Positions 1 to 8,493 of a stretch of 34,463 nucleotides of DNA are shown here, piece after piece. Both the position numbers and the translations under genes were made by a program. The notes below the pieces were generated by a model that ran no database searches, was not told where the DNA came from, and was given only the letters and a program-made list of their open reading frames with translations. How positions within the stretch are numbered: position 1 is the first letter of the stretch; every line of letters begins with the position of its first letter. Source of the DNA: Collinsella sp. (GTDB lineage Bacteria > Actinomycetota > Coriobacteriia > Coriobacteriales > Coriobacteriaceae); assembly GCA_036550635.1 (NCBI GenBank), contig JAXKFZ010000003.1:1-34463 (forward strand). The letters run 5' to 3'.

Positions 1-141
1 CGACCTGGAGGAATACATAGTCCACTGGAACACGAGCCGGAGGCAGGTAAGATTGAAGGGCCTGACCCCGGAGGAGTACCGGAATCAGGCCCTCGCGGCC
101 TAGTCGCTATTTAGGGCGTCCAAGATTTGGGGCGCAGTTCA
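1..141 (+). mobile_element. Right end of an IS3-family insertion sequence (transposase C-terminus plus terminal inverted repeat)
   Basis: Frame 2..103 reads DLEEYIVHWNTSRRQVRLKGLTPEEYRNQALAA*, the typical IS3/IS150 OrfB C-terminus. It is followed by ...GTCCAAGATTTGGGGCGCAGTTCA ending in CA at 141, an IS3-type terminal repeat. Confidence 0.85.
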
Positions 142-160
142 CGGGTGACGGGCTTTTCCG

Positions 161-637
161 CTACCAGCCGCGTGCTTCCTCCGCATGTACGAGCTGACGA
201 GCCTCGATCTGGCGAATCATATCGATGCGTCGCTGGTGACGGCCGCCCTCGAACTCGCCGGTGAGCCAGGCGTCGACAATCATTTTGGCCAGCTCGATGC
301 CTACCACACGAGCACCAAATGCGAGCATGTTGGTGTTGTTGTGCTCGCGCGACAGGCGAGCGGAATACGGCTCAGAGCAGGTGCAGCAACGGATACCGCG
401 CACCTTGTTGGCGGCAAGCGAGATGCCCACACCCGTACCGCAGATAACGATACCGCGATCAACCTCGCCGGACATGACAGCGTCCGCCACGGCCTCACCC
501 GCGATGGGATAGTCAAAGCGCTAGGTGCTGTCCGTACCGAAGTTCACGACTTCGTAGCCGTACTTCTCCTGGATATACGCCGTGATGGCTTCCTTGTACT
601 CGACTGCGACGTGGTCGTTTCCAATACCGATCTTCAA
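161..637 (-). pseudogene. rpiB: Ribose-5-phosphate isomerase B (RpiB/LacAB family) with an in-frame TAG at codon 39
   Basis: TTG start at 637 after AAAGGGG. Reads MKIGIGNDHVAVEYK...NFGTDST*RFDYPIAG...CGTGVG...ANKVRGIR...HNNTN...FEGGRHQRR. The stop is at 521-523 and the frame continues intact to 161. Confidence 0.9.
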
Positions 638-709
638 AAGAGACCCCTTTCCATAAGAACCATTCGCGCATGCCGCGCGCTCAATCCGTCCTAATTCGCC
701 GTTCCGCTT

Positions 710-1363
710 CTAATACACCTCGCCGGCGCGCAAACGGCGCAGACACTCCTCGTAACCAGCGTCCTTGCCAAACAGCGCACTGGTGCCCAGGATAAATCCG
801 TCCGCGCCAATGGCGGACAGGTCGCGCACGCGCTCGGGCGAGCAGGCGCCGTCGATCATGAGCTTGAAGCCAAAGCGCTCCTTCAGCGCGGCAAGGCGAC
901 GCACCTTGTCGTTCGTGAACTCGATAAAGCTCTGACCGGCAAAACCCGGATTCACCGTCATGACCATCACGTAATCGCAGAGGTTCAACATCTCCTCGAT
1001 CTCGGAGATAGAGGTGTCGGGGTTCACGGCGATACCGGCGCTCTTGCCGAGGGACTTAATCGCGGCGAGTGTCTTGACCACGTAACGCTCGGACTCCGGA
1101 TGGATATAGATGATGTCCGCGCCGGCGGAGGCGAAAAGTTCAACCTTGCTGGCAGGATTCTCGACCATAAGGTGCACGTCGACGAGCTTGTTGGTGGCAG
1201 CTCGCACGGCCTTGATGTCTTCGAGACCCATGGCGAAATTGGGAACGAAACTGCCGTCCATCACGTCGCAATGGAAGATGTCGATGCCGGCGGCGTCGAG
1301 ATCCTCGACGGTCGCACGCAGATTGCCGTAGTCGGCGCACATGAGACTGGGGCAGAGCAGCAT
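710..1363 (-). CDS. rpe: Ribulose-phosphate 3-epimerase family protein (Rpe / allulose-6-P 3-epimerase-like)
   Basis: PSLMCAD, HCDVMDGSFVPN, DVHLMV, MTVNPGFAGQ and IDG motifs; 217 aa. Confidence 0.9.
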   Translation of the reverse strand: MLLCPSLMCADYGNLRATVEDLDAAGIDIFHCDVMDGSFVPNFAMGLEDIKAVRAATNKLVDVHLMVENPASKVELFASAGADIIYIHPESERYVVKTLAAIKSLGKSAGIAVNPDTSISEIEEMLNLCDYVMVMTVNPGFAGQSFIEFTNDKVRRLAALKERFGFKLMIDGACSPERVRDLSAIGADGFILGTSALFGKDAGYEECLRRLRAGEVY

Positions 1364-1405
1364 AGTGAACTCCTTATCTGCTCGGTGATTATCTACTCGG
1401 TGGTA

Positions 1406-1454
1406 ATTAATCGTTTAACCTTTATCTACAGTCTGGCTGATTAATCGTTTAACC
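1406..1454. promoter_or_regulatory. Two identical 15-bp LacI-type operator-like sites (ATTAATCGTTTAACC) upstream of rpe
   Basis: Exact copies at 1406-1420 and 1440-1454; near-palindromic TTAAnCGnTTAA core with a central CG. Confidence 0.6.
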
Positions 1455-1539
1455 ACGTTGTTAACCTGCAGGCTTTTCCAGATTCACAACGTTGCCATAT
1501 TTGCCTATCTAGCTGGTATCATGCAGGAGCCCGGACCCC

Positions 1540-2283
1540 CTACGCTCCAGGCGTGATCAGGCGCGCGCACTGGGCGATCTTCTCGTCATAGGACTCCGCG
1601 ATAATCGACACACCATCGAACCCAAACGCACGAACATTCGAGAACTGATGGAACTTCGAGCTGTCGCACAGCACGTACGCCTTATTCGAATTCTCGCGCA
1701 CGATGCGCTTCTTCGCCGCCTCAACGTAGGAGGGCGTCATGACGCCGCGGTCCTCGTCAATCGCGTTGGTCCCGATAAACGCCTTATCGAAGTACAGATC
1801 GCGCAGGATCGATTCGGTCATAGAACCGCAGAACGAGGAGTTCACATAGTTGAACTCGCCACCCACCACGATGAGCTGGGCGCGCGTCTCGCTCTTAATC
1901 AGGCACGCCGAGGCATCCGTCGTGTAAATTGTCACGTCGCGGTCGAGCAGCAGACGCAGCAGCGCCGTGCAGGTGGAACCCGAGTCCAAGTAGAGCGTGT
2001 CCCCGTCCTCAACAAAACGCAAGGCGACTTGGGCAATCTGTTCCTTCTCACTCCCGTGTAGGCCCGAACGCGTCGAGATACTCACCTCGTGGACAGCCGA
2101 GAGGAGCCTCACCGCGCCGCCCGAAAGATGCTCAACCTTGCCAAGCGCCTCCAGCTCCTTGAGGTCGCGACGTAGCGTCGAAATAGAGACGCCCGGCAGC
2201 TCCTCCTGCAGCTCGGAAATCCTCGCGAGGCCCGACTTCTGCAGGCACTCTACAATTCGCTCCTGGCGCTCATACGGAATCAT
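1540..2283 (-). CDS. DeoR/GlpR-family transcriptional regulator
   Basis: Probable start MIPYERQERI at 2283 after GGAGAGG. HTH region SISTLRRDLKELE; sensor-domain motifs LDSGSTC, DKAFIG and CDSSKF. Confidence 0.9.
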   Translation of the reverse strand: MIPYERQERIVECLQKSGLARISELQEELPGVSISTLRRDLKELEALGKVEHLSGGAVRLLSAVHEVSISTRSGLHGSEKEQIAQVALRFVEDGDTLYLDSGSTCTALLRLLLDRDVTIYTTDASACLIKSETRAQLIVVGGEFNYVNSSFCGSMTESILRDLYFDKAFIGTNAIDEDRGVMTPSYVEAAKKRIVRENSNKAYVLCDSSKFHQFSNVRAFGFDGVSIIAESYDEKIAQCARLITPGA

Positions 2284-2507
2284 ATTGGGAACCTCTCCAA
2301 ACCACTCTGCTTCACGCTCGTTCATTTCTTTTCGAAAAGTGTAACTCACAAGCAGAATAGCGGCCGCCACCTGTTGCGATGACGACCGCTTAATCGATTG
2401 ACCTACCCTCTCGTTCACAATTTGAACGAGGTTGACACACCTCGCGTAAGCGCGACGCTCTTCAAGCGAAGAGAACGACCCTAGGAGAGGCGGCGCATCC
2501 GGGGCTC

Positions 2508-3884
2508 TTAGGCGAGCTGATCCTCCTTGCCGGTGAAGGCGAAGGCAAGAACACCGGCCACGACGGCGGAAATGAGCATGCCGACCATAGCCCAAGCGAA
2601 GTTCATGGGGTCGGAACTCACGAAAGCCGGGAACGTAGTGACGGAACCGAAGGTGAACGCAGTGGTGACGACCTTCATGATACCGAGGAACGCGCCGCCG
2701 ACGGCACCGCCGATGATCTGCGCAAGCCAGACCTTCTTGTTCTTCACGAGCATACCGAACAGCGTGGGCTCGATGATGGCGGACAGGGCGATCGATACGA
2801 CACCGGTCATCGCGAAGCTCTTGAGCTTCTGGTCGCGGGCCTTGAGGAACACGCCGAAGGCGCAGCCGATAACGGCGAAGTTGCAGGCGAAGGTGAAAGG
2901 GCAGATGTAGTCGAAGCCGTTCTGGGCGATGTTGTTGATCATGATGGGGTTCACGGCCCAGTGGATGCCCATGGACACCAGCACGGACCAGCCGCCGCCA
3001 ACCAGCACGCCGGCGAACACGGAGCTGCGCTCGATCAGCCAGTTGACCACGAAGGCGATGGCCTCACCAGCGTAGACGCCCAGGGAACCGATGACGAGCA
3101 TGGTGAGCGGAACCATAACGATCAGGGAGATGGCGGGCAGCACGACGAGCTTGAGCATCTCGGAAACGTGCTCATCGAGCCACTTGTACAGGTACGAGTA
3201 GACCCAGACAGACAAGATGGCAGGGATAACCGTGGAGTTGTAGTTCATGAGAACCACGGGGATGCCGAAGAAGTCCGTCATGGCGCCGTTGCCCGCGTCG
3301 CCCATGAGGGCGATGAAGTCCGGGTAGAGCAGGCACGCGCCGAGCAGCGCCGACAGGTACGGGCTCGCGCCGAAGCGCTTGCCGGCGGAGAAGCCGAGCA
3401 GCACGGGCAGGAAGTAGAACACGCTCATGGCCAGGGTGTACAGGATGGTGTAGGTACCCGTGCCCTCAGCGATGATGCCGAGCTGGGCGGCCAGGATAAC
3501 GAAGCCGCGCAGGATACCGGAGCCGGCCATGGCGGGCAGCAGCGGGGCAAAGATGCCGGAGATCGCGGAGAAGACCTGGCTGACGATGCTCTCGCCCTCG
3601 TCCTTGGTAGCAGCGGAGATTTCCACGCCCGAACCCTTGACCAGCGGCTCAAACTTCTCGTACAGCTTCGGGACCTCAGTGCCGATGAGAACCTGGTACT
3701 GACCGGCCTTGTTCAGCGTGTTCACAACGCCTTCGACTTCCTTGACCGCAGCGTCGTCGCAAGCCGCGTCGTCTTTGAGATTGAGGCGCAGGCGCGTCGC
3801 GCAGTGCGTCATGCCCGAGATGTTCTCGGGACCACCGACGGCGTCCAGAATCCCCTGAGCCATCGCGTTCCAGTCGCGTTTCAT
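2508..3884 (-). CDS. PTS transporter EIIBC, beta-glucoside/sucrose (Glc) family, with no EIIA domain
   Basis: VGGPENI..HCATRLR EIIB motif, QYQVLIG, multiple TM segments, GIHW and IIEPTLFG; 458 aa. Confidence 0.92.
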   Translation of the reverse strand: MKRDWNAMAQGILDAVGGPENISGMTHCATRLRLNLKDDAACDDAAVKEVEGVVNTLNKAGQYQVLIGTEVPKLYEKFEPLVKGSGVEISAATKDEGESIVSQVFSAISGIFAPLLPAMAGSGILRGFVILAAQLGIIAEGTGTYTILYTLAMSVFYFLPVLLGFSAGKRFGASPYLSALLGACLLYPDFIALMGDAGNGAMTDFFGIPVVLMNYNSTVIPAILSVWVYSYLYKWLDEHVSEMLKLVVLPAISLIVMVPLTMLVIGSLGVYAGEAIAFVVNWLIERSSVFAGVLVGGGWSVLVSMGIHWAVNPIMINNIAQNGFDYICPFTFACNFAVIGCAFGVFLKARDQKLKSFAMTGVVSIALSAIIEPTLFGMLVKNKKVWLAQIIGGAVGGAFLGIMKVVTTAFTFGSVTTFPAFVSSDPMNFAWAMVGMLISAVVAGVLAFAFTGKEDQLA

Positions 3885-3887
3885 TGG

Positions 3888-4826
3888 TTACCTCCCCATT
3901 GCGCAGAAGAGCTCGCGGACAAGCTCGGCTGCCTTAATCGCGTCGTTTGCATCGATAACGGATTGGATCTTCTCCATGCTTACGGTCTCGATGGCGTCGT
4001 TGAGCAGATGGATCATCTGGTCGTTCTGTGCAGCCTCGCCGGCAGCGGGCTCGATGACCGGGAACGTGTCGAAGTAGATTGCGCTGTCGTAACCGTGCTT
4101 CTTCACGTAGTAGAGGAACTCGAGGGTCTTCACCGGCGTGGACGTACCAATCATAAGGCCATCGTCGAAGCGACCGTTGCCGTCGTTTAGGTGAATGCCG
4201 TAGAGCTTGCCCTCGCGGCCGAACAGGTCGGCGGCCATGGCAGGGTTCTCGTGCTTCATGAGCATGTGGCAGTAATCCAGCGTGACGCCCAGGTTCGGGC
4301 GGTCTGCAGCGTTGAGAATCATGCCGGTCATACCCATGGAGTCGATGAACGCGTACGCGCGCTCCTCGTAGGGTTTGTACTCAATCGAGATCTTGAGGTC
4401 GGGCGCGTAGTCGCAAACCTTCTGGAATGCGGCTACGAGCTGGTCGAAGACGCGAGCGTAGGCGATCTGGAAGCTGTAGTCGAAACCGTCGTGGCCGAGC
4501 CAGATGGTCACCGTGTTGCCACCGGCAGTGCGGCAGTAGTCGCACGCCTCGTAGCAGAGCTCAAGGGCTTCCGCGGCAAGGGCATCATCGGCATTGCCCA
4601 GGTCACCGTTGAGGAAGGCGTTGCGGAAGCGCAGCGCGCAGCCGTTCAGCTGCAGGTCGTGAGCTGCGAGCTTGGCGGCCATGTCCTACGCCGTGACACC
4701 TGTGCAGTGCTCGGGGTAGTTGAGGTCGACGTGCGTGAGGCCCACGCTCTGGAACTCCGCGAACACGCGATCAAGATTCTTGTCGCCATCGCGAAAATAG
4801 GAGTTGATACGAGTTGCAAGCTTCAT
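3888..4826 (-). pseudogene. Xylose-isomerase-like TIM-barrel sugar isomerase with an in-frame TAG at codon 47
   Basis: ORFs 4686..4877 and 3888..4682 are in the same frame and separated only by TAG (4686-4688): MKLATRINSY...GVTA*DMAAKL. Motifs EYKPYE, LDYCH, HLNDG..DDGL and YFDTFP. Probable ATG at 4826. Confidence 0.85.
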
Positions 4827-5200
4827 GCTTCTACGTCCTTTACCTTCGTCCTTGATCGTTTCTGCCCGTTCGAGCACCTGATCTATATCCGTAATTCGAT
4901 AAGGGCCGCCGCCTGCGCGCCGGGGCCTACCCTATGCCATGTAGATTACTGCCACGTAAGTTCATTTTCAATCAGTATTTTTCATTCTATTTCTCATTGT
5001 GTCAGAGTTTTTCACCGTATCAAGCCATCTACCTTGTGGTTTTGCTGTTAATCAAGTTTGACCATTCTTGAAATTATTTGATTTTATCTGAACTAATTTG
5101 CCGTTTATCGGTAAAAATCGACCGCTCACGGCTGACGGCGACGCAAGATGGAAGATACTTGCATGAGGAAAAGCACTGAATTCCCAGCGCCGATTCGAAT

Positions 5201-5318
5201 GACGCGATTGGTGACGCGAGCGTCGACGGCCCGAATCTGCCGTCGGCCCCCACTAACCAAAAACGGCGCCGCTCACGCGACGCCGTCATATTCCCTGGTG
5301 CCCCCGGGCGGATTCGAA
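5201..5318. repeat. 118-bp direct repeat (distal copy) ending in a duplicated 23-bp tRNA-Arg 3' end; att-like
   Basis: Matches 8376-8493 with 9 mismatches. 5296-5318 (TGGTGCCCCCGGGCGGATTCGAA) is identical to the tRNA 3' end. Confidence 0.9.
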
Positions 5319-5337
5319 AACTCCCCCCCCGCGGGGA

Positions 5338-5362
5338 AATTGGTGACGCGGGTGTCGACGGC
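5338..5362. repeat. 25-bp direct repeat AATTGGTGACGCGGGTGTCGACGGC bounding the RM cargo
   Basis: Identical to 8381-8405. Confidence 0.9.
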
Positions 5363-5503
5363 GCTGAGCGCTCCGTGTTTTGGTATGTGGATATGGCAGC
5401 CATCAACCTTTCTCGGCATGTGAAACTCTAGGCACATATGAGCATACCTGAGCGACGCAACACATGCGCTCCATCTATCCCAACAAGCTCCAGCGGTACC
5501 CGC

Positions 5504-5588
5504 ACTTCCCATTTCGTGTAGAAAAGGGCCTGTATATACTTCCCATTTCGTGTATTGAATCAGGTAACCACACTTCCCATTTCGTGTA
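5504..5588 (+). repeat. Three exact 17-bp direct repeats ACTTCCCATTTCGTGTA with a 34-bp period
   Basis: Copies at 5504-5520, 5538-5554 and 5572-5588 with unrelated 17-bp spacers, directly upstream of the ATPase fragment. Confidence 0.9.
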
Positions 5589-5611
5589 TACAGCAGCTAG
5601 ATTGGGCAATC

Positions 5612-5770
5612 ATGTCAGTATTCAGACGTACGGCCTACAATAAACTCCTCGATTGGAAAGCGAGCAATGGATCCCGAGCCATCATGCTCGAGGGGGCCCG
5701 CCGCGTTGGAAAAAGCACCCTTGCCCAAGAGTTTGCGCAGTCCAAATACAAATCCCACCTCGTGATCGAC
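5612..5770 (+). pseudogene. N-terminal fragment of an AAA_14-type ATPase
   Basis: MSVFRRTAYNKLLDWK...LEGARRVGKSTL (Walker A)...YKSHLVID. Similarity appears to end after about 53 codons, where the frame runs into the RM terminator. Confidence 0.75.
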
Positions 5771-5786
5771 GAATCTGTTGCGAGTG

Positions 5787-5820
5787 AAAAAAGAAGACCG
5801 GAGACTCAACTGGTCTCCGG
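5787..5820 (-). terminator. Intrinsic terminator of the RM operon
   Basis: Hairpin CCGGAGAC-N7-GTCTCCGG (5798-5820) followed on the minus strand by TCTTCTTTTTT. Confidence 0.7.
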
Positions 5821-5848
5821 CCTCATTTCTAAAAAACGTCTCGTGGTT

Positions 5849-7063
5849 CTACTCGTGCTGTCGGGCTTCTACCAGCCTGCAGAAGTCGTTGACGCTCATG
5901 AGCCATTCCCTTTGCGCGGGCGTGTAGGTTTCGAACAGCGATGAGGGCACAACGAGGCTGAGCCTGTCCTTAGCCATAGCTCGTGTGTAATCCTCACTTA
6001 CGGCGGGCTCAAGTGTTACAAGATGCTTGTCCTCGATTCTGTCAGCCTCATCAAGCACCTGACGCCAACGCTCCTTGATGGTTGTCTTGGCACCGAGCAT
6101 CGTCAGTCGAGCGACAGGGAACTTGGGGTCGTGGTAATCGTCAATAGAGGGAAAGATGAAATCCGGCTTCGATTTGCCCTCGGTGTATTTCTGCGCCGAG
6201 TAGCGTATGCCCCTAGCATCGAATAGCATCGAGAGTTGATTCTCGAACGCCGTCCCCGCACGGGACTTGCGGCGCTGGAAGGCCGACATAGTGGTGCGCA
6301 GCACGCCATCAACATCAAGCGCCGAGCCAAGGTATGGCGCGAGGTCGCGCTCCAAGAGATGCCGCTCGAAGACGCGGAACAGCATCTCTTCGCGTTCGTA
6401 ACAAGCGACCAAGCAGCCATCCGGGTCGCCCGTCCAATCGAGCTTTCCAAGGGTGGAAGCTGAGTAGGCTGAGAAGTCTGCCCCTTTGGGGAAGGACTCG
6501 CCGAATTTCTCGATCATACCGTCGAGGAAGTTCTCCGCTGCGATCGGCATGCTAACTTCGATGCCGATGGACTCCAAAATCCTTGCGGCGATCGACGTGA
6601 TGCGCGTATCCTCCCGAGCAGAGGGCGTAAAACCCTTCTCGCCAACCCCGTCGAGCGCGAAGAGCCAGCGAACTTGAGATTCCGCCGTACTCCCCGCTCG
6701 GGCAAATAGGATTACGACCTCCTTGGCTTCGTGTAGGGCCAAAACCATGAGGTCGCCCGGACGGGCCATGCCCATGGCAGCATTATCGTTGTAGTAGAGC
6801 CTATACTCAGTTCTAGTTGGATGCTTCCTGCGGGCGTCGTACCAAGTGGTATAACCATGGTCGAATATAGGGTCTGCACCATCATCGAGATATGCGAAGG
6901 TAGTTCGCATCCCCTTTATGTCATCGTCTCCGAAAAGCGCGCGCAAAGGCCCCACGCCGTTGAATTCGTGCTGGTGGCTTTTATTGGCCCCCATGATGTC
7001 AACGCCCGCGAGGGTTTTCGCGACAGCACCGTCAAAATACGCGCCAAGTACTCCATAGTCCAT
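5849..7063 (-). CDS. Type II restriction endonuclease, EcoRII-like
   Basis: C-terminal RRKSRAG...E, KPDFIFPS, AKTTIKERWRQVLDEADR and HLVTL match the EcoRII catalytic domain. N-terminal SHQ..TWY..TRTEYRL resembles the EcoRII effector domain. 404 aa. Confidence 0.85.
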   Translation of the reverse strand: MDYGVLGAYFDGAVAKTLAGVDIMGANKSHQHEFNGVGPLRALFGDDDIKGMRTTFAYLDDGADPIFDHGYTTWYDARRKHPTRTEYRLYYNDNAAMGMARPGDLMVLALHEAKEVVILFARAGSTAESQVRWLFALDGVGEKGFTPSAREDTRITSIAARILESIGIEVSMPIAAENFLDGMIEKFGESFPKGADFSAYSASTLGKLDWTGDPDGCLVACYEREEMLFRVFERHLLERDLAPYLGSALDVDGVLRTTMSAFQRRKSRAGTAFENQLSMLFDARGIRYSAQKYTEGKSKPDFIFPSIDDYHDPKFPVARLTMLGAKTTIKERWRQVLDEADRIEDKHLVTLEPAVSEDYTRAMAKDRLSLVVPSSLFETYTPAQREWLMSVNDFCRLVEARQHE

Positions 7064-7064
7064 C

Positions 7065-8213
7065 CTAGAACACCTCCATCATCAACTTCGCGACCGAGCG
7101 CACGACCGGCACGGTCACGGAGTTGCCGAACTGCCTGTATGCCTGAGTATCCGACACCGGGATGATGAACTCATCGGGAAATCCTTGCAGGCGCGCGCAT
7201 TCGCGGGGAGTGAGTTTACGAGGGTTTTTTCCTTCCTGCCCGACCAGAATCTCGCTGCCATCCTTGTGGTACCGGGCGGAAAGCGTCCTTGTCGTGTCCT
7301 CTGGGCCGACCATCGAGTATCCAAAGCCGTGGCCCGCCGCCTCATGCTTTTCGCGATAGGCGCGCAGATAGGCCCATAGCTTATCCGAAATGGTGTAGCG
7401 TTCGTTTGGTTGCTCTTCGAGGATTTCCCCTAGCGTATGTCCCGGTCCCGGCACCTCAAGGTCATCCCACGAGAAGGGAACTTCCTCCCTGAACCCCACG
7501 ATGTAGATGCGCTCCCTGTGCTGGCACGTCCAGTTTTTTGAATCAAGCACTTTCCAGAAAATATGGTATCCAAGGTCCTCCTCAAGCGTCTGTCGTATGA
7601 CCTTGAAGGTCTTCCCGCCGTCGTGACTCGTAAGGTTCTTAACGTTCTCAAGCAAGAAGGCCTTCGGGCGCTTGTCGCGTACGATGCGAGCGACCTCGAA
7701 AAAGAGGGTTCCCTGCGTTTTATCCTCAAAGCCGGTGGGTCTCCCCAAAGATTGCTTCTTCGAAACGCCTGCAAGGGAGAATGGCTGACAAGGAAAGCCT
7801 GCGAGCAGGACATCGAAGTCCGGTATATCGTTTGATGCGACCTGACGGATGTCGCCCGCCGGGGTCTCTCCATAGTTCATCCGGTAGGTTTTCTGGGCGA
7901 ACTTATCCCACTCGCAAGAGAAGACGCACCTACCGCCAAGCTCCTGGAACGGCATTCGTATACCGCCGATGCCCGCGAAGAGATCGCAGAAGGTAAAAGG
8001 CGCGTCGCTGCGCTCCCCTTGGTCAAATGGAGCCCCCGCATCGAGCGATGCGATAAAGGCGCATTCAGCCGCCGTTGGACTAGTATCCCCAGACTCCCAG
8101 CGCCGAACGGTGCGTTCGCCAGACGAGCCCATACCAAGGGCGGCGGCGAACTCCTTTTGGGTGAGGCCGAGGTCAATTCTCTTTTGCGCTATATCAGCTG
8201 CATTTAGTTGCAT
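7065..8213 (-). CDS. dcm: C5-cytosine DNA methyltransferase (Dcm/M.EcoRII-like, probably CCWGG) with an N-terminal XRE HTH
   Basis: DLFAGIGG, AGFPCQPFSLAGVSKK, TQGTLFF, ENVKNL, RTLSARYHKDG and QFGNSV motifs. N-terminus LGLTQKEFAAALG...TVRRWESG is an HTH. Confidence 0.9.
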   Translation of the reverse strand: MQLNAADIAQKRIDLGLTQKEFAAALGMGSSGERTVRRWESGDTSPTAAECAFIASLDAGAPFDQGERSDAPFTFCDLFAGIGGIRMPFQELGGRCVFSCEWDKFAQKTYRMNYGETPAGDIRQVASNDIPDFDVLLAGFPCQPFSLAGVSKKQSLGRPTGFEDKTQGTLFFEVARIVRDKRPKAFLLENVKNLTSHDGGKTFKVIRQTLEEDLGYHIFWKVLDSKNWTCQHRERIYIVGFREEVPFSWDDLEVPGPGHTLGEILEEQPNERYTISDKLWAYLRAYREKHEAAGHGFGYSMVGPEDTTRTLSARYHKDGSEILVGQEGKNPRKLTPRECARLQGFPDEFIIPVSDTQAYRQFGNSVTVPVVRSVAKLMMEVF

Positions 8214-8375
8214 GGGACGCCTATCTTGGTTGAAAAACGGTCAAACTGTCCTGTATTTACCACAGCGTTAGTCTATCACCCCGAGCGGACATGTCTTCCC
8301 CTTGCTTCAGTCCGCCTCTAAACCCCGTAGCATCAACTGGGCTTTAGGGCTTGGACACTCTACCGGAGGGCTCTA

Positions 8376-8493
8376 GACGCAATTGGTGACGCGGGTGTCG
8401 ACGGCCCGAATCCGCCGGCGGCCCCCGCAAACCAGAAACGGCGCCGCTCCCGCGACGCCGTCATATTCCCTGGTGCCCCCGGGCGGATTCGAA
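8376..8493. repeat. 118-bp direct repeat (tRNA-proximal copy) containing an inverted copy of the tRNA 3' half and a terminator-like hairpin
   Basis: Matches 5201-5318. 8391-8416 is an inverted copy of 8482-8507 (24/26). Hairpin ACGGCGCCGC-TCCC-GCGACGCCGT at 8438-8461. Confidence 0.85.

Larger units (their letters stand above)
5319..8470. mobile_element. Small integrase-less genomic islet at tRNA-Arg carrying a type II RM system
   Basis: Lies between the intact tRNA and a duplicate of its 3' end. Cargo is an MTase, an REase and an ATPase fragment. Confidence 0.8.

Noticed and set aside
519..526. Amber codons created by Dcm-type CCAGG>CTAGG deamination
   Set aside because: The rpiB site reads CTAGG on the plus strand, but that origin implies an ancestral Trp codon where RpiB usually has a polar or acidic residue. 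The second amber is not in a CCWGG context.
1540..2595. 351-aa extended DeoR; similar N-terminal extensions of the oxidoreductase, hydratase, HspR and ManO ORFs
   Set aside because: The extensions overlap upstream genes or intergenic DNA, and downstream starts have an RBS and match family N-termini.
521..4688. TAG reassignment or pyrrolysine recoding as the explanation for the two in-frame ambers
   Set aside because: TAG is the normal stop of rpe, deoR, clpB and hspR in this window, no pyl genes or CUA tRNA are visible, and the affected proteins are not known Pyl enzymes.
5296..5318. Second tRNA gene
   Set aside because: Only the last 23 nt of tRNA-Arg are present, with no D or anticodon arm.
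5074..5512. Short ORFs over the att-like repeats (5074..5406, 5148..5423, 5273..5512; also 8373..8723)
   Set aside because: They translate repeat and tRNA sequence in several frames, without an RBS or protein-like features.
5504..5588. Mini-CRISPR or guide-RNA array
   Set aside because: Repeats and spacers are only 17 bp, there are three copies, and no cas or other effector gene is adjacent. Operator or iteron-like sites fit better.
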